The notes below the pieces were generated by a model. That model worked only from the letters and a program-made list of their open reading frames with translations. It did not search any database and was not told where the DNA came from. From positions 13,160 through 77,159 of the IMG/VR virus record IMGVR_UViG_3300035502_000924: a stretch of 64,000 nt of DNA. One strand, 5' to 3'. The stretch comes from a virus (lineage: Duplodnaviria > Heunggongvirae > Uroviricota > Caudoviricetes). Made by a program: the position numbers and the translations under genes. This document shows positions 58,489 through 64,000 of the stretch, in pieces. Position 1 is the stretch's first letter; the number at the start of each line of letters is the position of its first letter.

Positions 58489-60744
58489 TTGATAATCAAG
58501 ACTTTACATTTAAAAGGTTTCACTTCATATATTGATTCTGAAATGACTTTTGATACAAATGATAAGTTTATTGCAACTATTACAGCTCCAAACGGTTCTG
58601 GTAAATCTTCTATACTTGAAGCTATTACTACTGCTTTATTTTATAGAGCAAGAGGTGTAGATAGTAGAGGTACAGGTATGGATGACCTAATAAACAATGA
58701 ATGTGATTCTTTTGAAATTACATTAGAGTTTATTATGGATAATAATGATTATAAAATAATTAGAAAGAAAACAAGAGGTGGAAAACATGAATTAGAGTTT
58801 TTTGTCAATAATGTATCTCAAACAGAAAAGATAAATGACACACAAGATAAGATAAATAAAGTTATTAAAATGAACTATGATACATTTTTAGATACTGTTT
58901 GTATTGGACAGGGTAAGTCTGATAACTTTATGAAGAAAAAGCCTAATGAGAGAAAAGATGTATTTGTTGAAATTCTTAATTTAAATCAATTTGAAGTATT
59001 AGAAAAACATACTAAGGATTTAAAGAAAGAGTTATCTACACAACTTATTGAAAAAGAAAATACTTTATATTTGTTGCAGGACAGTGTAAGTAAAGAAGAT
59101 GAATATAATTCCTTAATTACTCAATATTCTTCTTATGCTAAAGATTTTAATAATAAAATATTAGATAAGGAAATAGAATTAAAGAAAGTAAGAGAAGAAA
59201 AAGCTCAATATGATTTAATTATTAAACAGAACGAACAACTTTTAAATCATAAAAAGAATATTTATTCTTCTATCAACAATACAAAGAATAAAATATCTAC
59301 TACTGAAAATAAAGTTAATTCTTTTAATACTAAAATAAATAATTTAAAAGTTAAGTTTGTTAATAATAAGAAGAATATTGTTAATTATCAAGAGAATATA
59401 AAAGAATATGAGGAAGAATTAAATAGTATTGTTATTGAAGAAACAAATGATGATAAGACTTCAATAAATAATCAGATAGAAGAAATATTACAACATAAGA
59501 ATGATTTAGAAACAGAAAAGACACAGCACTTAACTAATATTAAATCATTTAAGAACCAAATTGCTGAATATAAAACACAGTATAATAATTTAAATGAATA
59601 TAATAAGGGTGAATGTGAATTTTGTGGTAATGAAATTACTGCTGAACATAAAGAAAAACATTTAAATGATTTAACTAAGAAGATAAATGCTCTTACTGAG
59701 AATATTGAAGAAAATAATAAACTTTGCGAAGATATTGTTGGTAAGGTTAATGAATTAAAAACTAAATATGTTTCTTATAAAAATGCTTTAAATGATATTG
59801 ATGAAAAAGTAAAAGAAATAAATAAATTAAAAATACGACAAGAGAAATTAAATTCTGCTATTTCTAATTATACGGATAAGATAACTTCTTTAAAAGAAGA
59901 AATGGCTGAAATTAAAGAACAAAAGACAGAGTATGATAATGAAATTATTTCTTTAAATAAAGAAATAGAAGATTTAAAAAATGAATTAATAGATTTTAAC
60001 AAGCAGTATGAAGAATGTAGTGTTGAAGAAATTGAAACTAAAACATTTAATGATGGTGAGTTAGAATTTGATATTTCTAATTTAAGAGATAAATTAGTAA
60101 AGGCTGAATCTAACAAAGCTGTTTATGAAGAAAAGATAGTGGAAATAAATAATAATAAACAGAAATTAAATGAAGTATTGAAAGAAATTGAAGATATAAC
60201 TACGCAAATATCTGACTATGAATCTTTAATTGAAGCTTTCGGTAAGAAAGGTATACAAGCTAATATTATTGCTAATGTATTACCTGATGTAGAGAATGAA
60301 ATAAATGAAGTATTAGATGTTTTATTTAATAATTCTACTACAATAGAATTTATTACGCAGAAAGACGATAAGAAAACAAAAGCTAAGAAAGAAATATCTT
60401 TAGAAACATTAGATATAGTTATTCACGATAAAGATAGAGATAGAAATTATGAAACTTATAGTGGTGGAGAAAAGTTCAGAATCGACTTTGCGTGTCATAT
60501 AGGTATGGCTAAATTCTTAGCTAAGAGAGCTAAAGCTAATATAGAGTTCTTTATGATTGATGAGGGATTAGGTAGTCAAGATGATGAAGGTAGAGAGAAT
60601 TTTATATTAACTGTAAATAAGTTAAGTGATATGTTTAAACAGATATTTATAATTACTCATATAGATGAAGTAAAGGATGCTTTTGATAAAAAGATAATTA
60701 TAAATAAAGATAATGTTTATGGCTCAAAAATTGAAGTACTTTAA
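58489..60744 (+). CDS. Rad50/SbcC-family ATPase with coiled-coil and zinc hook
   Basis: TTG start with RBS gaaagaagg. Walker A APNGSGKSS. A long coiled-coil with a CEFCGNE (CxxC) hook. ABC signature YSGGEKFR, Walker B FFMIDEGLGSQD, and H-loop IITHI. Confidence 0.75.
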   Translation: MIIKTLHLKGFTSYIDSEMTFDTNDKFIATITAPNGSGKSSILEAITTALFYRARGVDSRGTGMDDLINNECDSFEITLEFIMDNNDYKIIRKKTRGGKHELEFFVNNVSQTEKINDTQDKINKVIKMNYDTFLDTVCIGQGKSDNFMKKKPNERKDVFVEILNLNQFEVLEKHTKDLKKELSTQLIEKENTLYLLQDSVSKEDEYNSLITQYSSYAKDFNNKILDKEIELKKVREEKAQYDLIIKQNEQLLNHKKNIYSSINNTKNKISTTENKVNSFNTKINNLKVKFVNNKKNIVNYQENIKEYEEELNSIVIEETNDDKTSINNQIEEILQHKNDLETEKTQHLTNIKSFKNQIAEYKTQYNNLNEYNKGECEFCGNEITAEHKEKHLNDLTKKINALTENIEENNKLCEDIVGKVNELKTKYVSYKNALNDIDEKVKEINKLKIRQEKLNSAISNYTDKITSLKEEMAEIKEQKTEYDNEIISLNKEIEDLKNELIDFNKQYEECSVEEIETKTFNDGELEFDISNLRDKLVKAESNKAVYEEKIVEINNNKQKLNEVLKEIEDITTQISDYESLIEAFGKKGIQANIIANVLPDVENEINEVLDVLFNNSTTIEFITQKDDKKTKAKKEISLETLDIVIHDKDRDRNYETYSGGEKFRIDFACHIGMAKFLAKRAKANIEFFMIDEGLGSQDDEGRENFILTVNKLSDMFKQIFIITHIDEVKDAFDKKIIINKDNVYGSKIEVL

Positions 60745-60868
60745 TTAGATTTTGTAAATTATAAATATATGAAATTATAATTATAGAGTTTTTTTGTTTT
60801 TAAGTTATAGATATAAGGTCGTAAAAAATAAAAAAATGAAAAAAATAAACATTTTTTGTTAAAAACAC

Positions 60869-60898
60869 TTGACAAAAAATGTATATTGTAGTAGAATG
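60869..60898 (+). promoter_or_regulatory. sigma-70/SigA-type promoter (TTGACA-18-TAGAAT), related to the cassette promoters at 1362 and 45288
   Basis: ttgacaaaaaatgtatattgtagtagaat. It shares the TTGACAAAA...GTAGTA(T/G)AAT architecture of the other two copies. Confidence 0.6.
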
Positions 60899-60981
60899 AA
60901 GCTATCAAATAGAAAACAATGTTTGATAAAGCAATAAAAAATCATTATACAAAAAAATAAAAAAGAAAGGAAATTAAAAAA

Positions 60982-61269
60982 ATGACAAAGAAAGAATTTG
61001 CACAGAAGGTAGCAGAAAGACTTGACACAACACAGGCAAATGCAGCAAGAAGCATTGATGCAGTTTTTGACATTCTTGCAGAAACATTAGAGGCTAATGA
61101 TACATATAGCCAGCAGGGTTTTGGTACATTCAAGACTAAGAAGCAGGATGCCGCAACAAGAAGAAATCCTGCAACAGGTGAGGTTATGGAGTGTCCTGCA
61201 AAGTATGTTCCTAAGTTTTCTTATTCACCAAAGGTTAAGACTGCAATCGCAAGCATTACAGTTGAGTAA
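60982..61269 (+). CDS. hup: HU/IHF-family nucleoid-associated DNA-binding protein
   Basis: MTKKEF...AARSIDAVFDIL...GFGTF..K....R..RNP.TGE matches the HU family fingerprint. Local GC is about 40% versus ~28% in the surroundings, consistent with highly-expressed-gene codon usage. Confidence 0.85.
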   Translation: MTKKEFAQKVAERLDTTQANAARSIDAVFDILAETLEANDTYSQQGFGTFKTKKQDAATRRNPATGEVMECPAKYVPKFSYSPKVKTAIASITVE

Positions 61270-61309
61270 TTTGGTTATTAGCTATAAGTAAAAACCTTCT
61301 TTCAAGAGA

Positions 61310-61345
61310 AATGTAGATAAGTATTTTGCTTATCTACATTTTTTA
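61310..61345 (+). terminator. rho-independent terminator
   Basis: atgtagataag-tattttg-cttatctacat followed by T6. Confidence 0.8.
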
Positions 61346-61362
61346 TAACACAGAGGAATACT

Positions 61363-62109
61363 ATGAAAATATTAAAAAGATTATTACCAATTATATTTAT
61401 TTTAATATTATGGGGTATAGGTAGTTTATTTACAAAACCTTTATTTTTACCATCGCCGATAAAAGTATTTAATACATTTATCTCTTTATTACAAAATGGT
61501 ATGCTAGTAAAAGGGTTTGTATATTCATTTATTAGAATATCTATTGCAACATTATTATCAATGTCTATAAGTGTTATTTTATCTATTTTAATTATGAATA
61601 GTAAAGTAATTGATGATTTAATGACACCTATAACGAATTTTTTAAGATATTTACCTATTACAGCATTTTATCCATTGTTAATGATGTGGTGCGGAATAAA
61701 TGAAAGAATGAAAATAAGTTTTTTATTTTTAGCAACTTTTGTTTATTTTTTACCTACATTAGTTTTAACAATGAAAGATATAGACCAAAATCTAATAGAT
61801 ACGGCATTAACAATAGGAGTTAAAAAATATCAGTTAGTATATAGAATAATCTTACCTTATTGCTTACCTGTTATTTGTAAGACTTATTTAATGATGTATG
61901 GAATTGGTTGGACTTATATAGTGATTGCTGAAACAGTAAATGCTAAGTTTGGATTAGGGCATTTAATAAATGTTGCAACGTCAAGAGGTAGAACTGACCA
62001 AGTATTTGTTGTATTGATAATAATTATTTTATTTAGTTATTTATTTGATACATTATGCTCTTATGTAATTGAAAAAATATTTAAATGGAAATATACAGAA
62101 AGGAAGTAA
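61363..62109 (+). CDS. ABC transporter permease (binding-protein-dependent, NitT/TauT-like) with no adjacent ATPase or SBP in the window
   Basis: Six TM segments. The EAA-like loop is DTALTIGVKKYQLVYRIILPYCLP. Confidence 0.6.
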   Translation: MKILKRLLPIIFILILWGIGSLFTKPLFLPSPIKVFNTFISLLQNGMLVKGFVYSFIRISIATLLSMSISVILSILIMNSKVIDDLMTPITNFLRYLPITAFYPLLMMWCGINERMKISFLFLATFVYFLPTLVLTMKDIDQNLIDTALTIGVKKYQLVYRIILPYCLPVICKTYLMMYGIGWTYIVIAETVNAKFGLGHLINVATSRGRTDQVFVVLIIIILFSYLFDTLCSYVIEKIFKWKYTERK

Positions 62110-62113
62110 TATA

Positions 62114-62923
62114 ATGAATAATAAAAACAATAAAGATAAGTTTAATTTTTTAAAATCTATAATTATTATAGGTGTTATCGTTTTAATTTTAATTATATTG
62201 TTACTTTGTTCAATAAGAGTTGTTCCTGGCGGTTCAACAGGTGTAGTAGTTAGATTAGGTGCAATACAAGAAGATACTTTAAAAGAAGGTTCAAGCTTTG
62301 TTACACCATTTATTACAAAAGTTGTTAAAATAAATAATAAAGTAGTAAGAACTGATGTAACAGGTACTTCTGCTTCTAAAGATTTACAAACAGTAACATT
62401 TACTGTATCTGTTAATTATCAAGTAATTCCTGAAAAGTCTGCTTACATATATAGAACATTAGGTGAAGATTACGAAAATGTAGCATTAAGACCTGCTGTA
62501 CAAGAATGTGTAAAGTCTGTTGTATCTAAATATACAGCAGAAGAATGTATTACTAATAGACAAGAATTAAGTACTCAAATGAAAGAGGAATTAAATCATA
62601 AAGTCTATGAGTATGGTATTGTTGTAGCAGATATAAATGTAATAAATTTTGATTTCTCAGCTGAATTTAATGCTGCAATTGAACAAAAAACTACTGCACA
62701 GCAAAACGCTTTAAAGGCTGAACAAGATTTAGCAAGAATTAAAATAGAGGGAGAACAAAAGATTGCACAGGCAGAAGCTGAAGCAAAGGCAAATGAGATT
62801 AAAAATGCTCAAATTACCGATAATACTTTAAAAATGAAGTTCATTGAAAAATGGAATGGTGAACTTCCTGCTGTTGTTGGTTCAGAGGATAATTTATTTA
62901 GTGTAGATAATTTCATAAAATAA
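62114..62923 (+). CDS. SPFH/band-7 (prohibitin/HflK-like) membrane protein
   Basis: RBS aggaag 8 nt upstream of the ATG at 62114; the table ORF starts earlier at 62069 inside the permease gene. An N-terminal TM is followed by VVPGGSTGVVVRLGAIQ...VTPFITKVVKIN, the SPFH domain core, and a C-terminal coiled-coil. Confidence 0.65.
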   Translation: MNNKNNKDKFNFLKSIIIIGVIVLILIILLLCSIRVVPGGSTGVVVRLGAIQEDTLKEGSSFVTPFITKVVKINNKVVRTDVTGTSASKDLQTVTFTVSVNYQVIPEKSAYIYRTLGEDYENVALRPAVQECVKSVVSKYTAEECITNRQELSTQMKEELNHKVYEYGIVVADINVINFDFSAEFNAAIEQKTTAQQNALKAEQDLARIKIEGEQKIAQAEAEAKANEIKNAQITDNTLKMKFIEKWNGELPAVVGSEDNLFSVDNFIK

Positions 62924-62933
62924 TTTTTCAGAC

Positions 62934-62965
62934 AAGAGGACTTACTAAAAGTCCTCTTATTTTTA
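62934..62965 (+). terminator. rho-independent terminator
   Basis: aagaggac-ttactaaaa-gtcctctt followed by T-rich sequence. Confidence 0.7.
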
Positions 62966-63017
62966 TATTTTAAATATTTATTTTAATTATAAATAAATAT
63001 AAGGAGCGTTTTTGTTT

Positions 63018-64000
63018 ATGAAAAATAGAATTTTAAAAAGATTATCTGCAATTAATTTGACAGATAAGGAAGAAAATTTTTTATTTTTACTTGAAGATTT
63101 AGATTTTGGTAAGGCTACAATTAATGATATAAGAAAAGAATTGTCAAATGGTGAGAAAACAATAAATGATATTGCTAAAGAATTAAAACTTACTGATGAG
63201 AAATTAGATGGTTTTGATTTAGGTGAGGATGAAAAAGCTAATAAAGATTCATTTAGTGCAGGTACTACTAAAGCACTTAAAGATTTTATTAAAGATAATA
63301 GATTTCCAATAGAAGATTTAAAAGATATTGGTGATATGGTAAATAGTAGTAATACAGCTTTCTTTGAAAGTTTAGTAAAGGCTGATAGTAGAAAAGAATT
63401 TAGTGCTGATGTTTATATTAAAGCATTACAGTTAAATGACCAGTATAGTTCTGATAAGATGGATAAGCTTATTGTTTATCTTTCAAATGTTAAGAGAAAA
63501 GTAAGTTTAAATACTCTTGATTATTTTGAAAATATGTTTTTACCAGCAGATATTGAAAAACTTTCTGACGATAGATTTAAACATACTTTTATTGCAAGTG
63601 GTACACTTAATGCTGTTGCTTCTTTAGCAAAAGTTCCTAGGTCATCAGAATTAGTAAATGATATTATTACTGTAATGGTTGATTTTGACGTACATCACGC
63701 AATTGCTAATATGGTTTATTGTTATTTGAAGAATAAGAATAATATGGACTTAATGGAAGAATTTTGCGAGGAAGTTCCAAGAGCAGACAAGGGTACAGAA
63801 GATGATGCTGCTTGGAAAGTAATTAGAAGAATCCTTGCTGAAAATGATAGAAGTTTCGCAGAGTTTGTTTTGGATGATTTAGGTATTGTAAAGAAATTCT
63901 TAAATGATGATGAAGCAATGAAAGATATGGAAGATTTGTATGAGGAATACAAGGGCAATGCAACAAAGTTTAAGATTTTTAAAGATTGTCTTGCAGATGG
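63018..64000 (+). CDS. hypothetical protein, 3'-truncated at window edge
   Basis: The ATG at 63018 is preceded by aaggag at 63001. Frame 0 stays open for 327 codons to the window end. It is absent from the ORF table only because it has no stop in the window. Confidence 0.55.
   Translation, partial: MKNRILKRLSAINLTDKEENFLFLLEDLDFGKATINDIRKELSNGEKTINDIAKELKLTDEKLDGFDLGEDEKANKDSFSAGTTKALKDFIKDNRFPIEDLKDIGDMVNSSNTAFFESLVKADSRKEFSADVYIKALQLNDQYSSDKMDKLIVYLSNVKRKVSLNTLDYFENMFLPADIEKLSDDRFKHTFIASGTLNAVASLAKVPRSSELVNDIITVMVDFDVHHAIANMVYCYLKNKNNMDLMEEFCEEVPRADKGTEDDAAWKVIRRILAENDRSFAEFVLDDLGIVKKFLNDDEAMKDMEDLYEEYKGNATKFKIFKDCLAD

Noticed and set aside
62069-62113. Upstream extension of the SPFH gene overlapping the permease
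   Set aside because: The internal ATG at 62114 has the RBS aggaag and starts right after the permease stop. The upstream Met codons lie inside the permease coding region.
63722-63958. 78-aa minus-strand ORF
   Set aside because: It is antisense to a 327-codon open + strand frame that has a strong RBS.
1-64000. cas genes, integrase, terminase, capsid and rRNA/tRNA genes
   Set aside because: No ORF in the window shows Cas, tyrosine or serine recombinase, terminase, portal, or capsid motifs. No tRNA-like cloverleaf was found by eye. Head, packaging and lysogeny modules must lie outside this window.

Overview
This is an AT-rich (~28-30% GC by eye) 64-kb window that reads as a contiguous segment of a large tailed phage or prophage from a low-GC host. 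The host is likely Clostridia-like, inferred only from composition and the CRISPR repeat style. Gene models use the supplied six-frame ORFs, corrected by hand where an RBS pointed to a different start.

Map:
- 1-3.1 kb: small accessory or moron genes. These are a transglutaminase-like protein, a GNAT acetyltransferase, and a DUF932-like gene bracketed by a terminator and a consensus sigma-70-like promoter.
- 3.1-11.9 kb: a tail assembly chaperone pair joined by a canonical -1 frameshift site, then a 2486-aa tape measure protein.
- 11.9-45.2 kb: baseplate and tail-tip module. It holds three paralogous 1225/1355/1321-aa proteins that share a ~700-aa LysM-containing core but carry different peptidoglycan-hydrolase domains. 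It also holds a 2683-aa repeat-rich giant protein, a spike-like protein, a gp25-like protein, a 1279-aa baseplate-J-like protein and large fibre or baseplate proteins.
- 45.2-50.5 kb: a second copy of the terminator-promoter cassette. It is followed by a minus-strand operon of a MerR/Xis-like HTH protein, a membrane protein and an SF2 DEAH helicase interrupted in its P-loop by a full LAGLIDADG intein, and then an Amidase_2 endolysin.
- 50.57-51.1 kb: an orphan CRISPR array of 8 x 30-bp repeats with a type I-B-like ...GTAAAT end and no cas genes in the window.
- 51.34-51.48 kb: a GC-rich noncoding island.
- 51.7-52.6 kb: a short minus-strand island holding an FNT-like channel gene.
- 52.6-60.7 kb: replication module. 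An AT-rich candidate origin precedes an initiator with wHTH, C2H2 Zn-finger and DnaD-like repeats. Then come a DnaC-like loader lacking a Walker A motif, a DnaB-like helicase, a primase zinc-binding-domain-only protein and a Rad50/SbcC-like ATPase.
- 60.8-64.0 kb: a third copy of the consensus promoter drives an HU gene of noticeably higher GC. It is followed by an ABC permease, an SPFH protein and a 3'-open ORF that may be host or accessory DNA.

Most interesting: the triplicated hub-like lysin family, the phage-borne orphan CRISPR array, the P-loop intein, the promoter-terminator moron cassettes, and oddities in the replication module.
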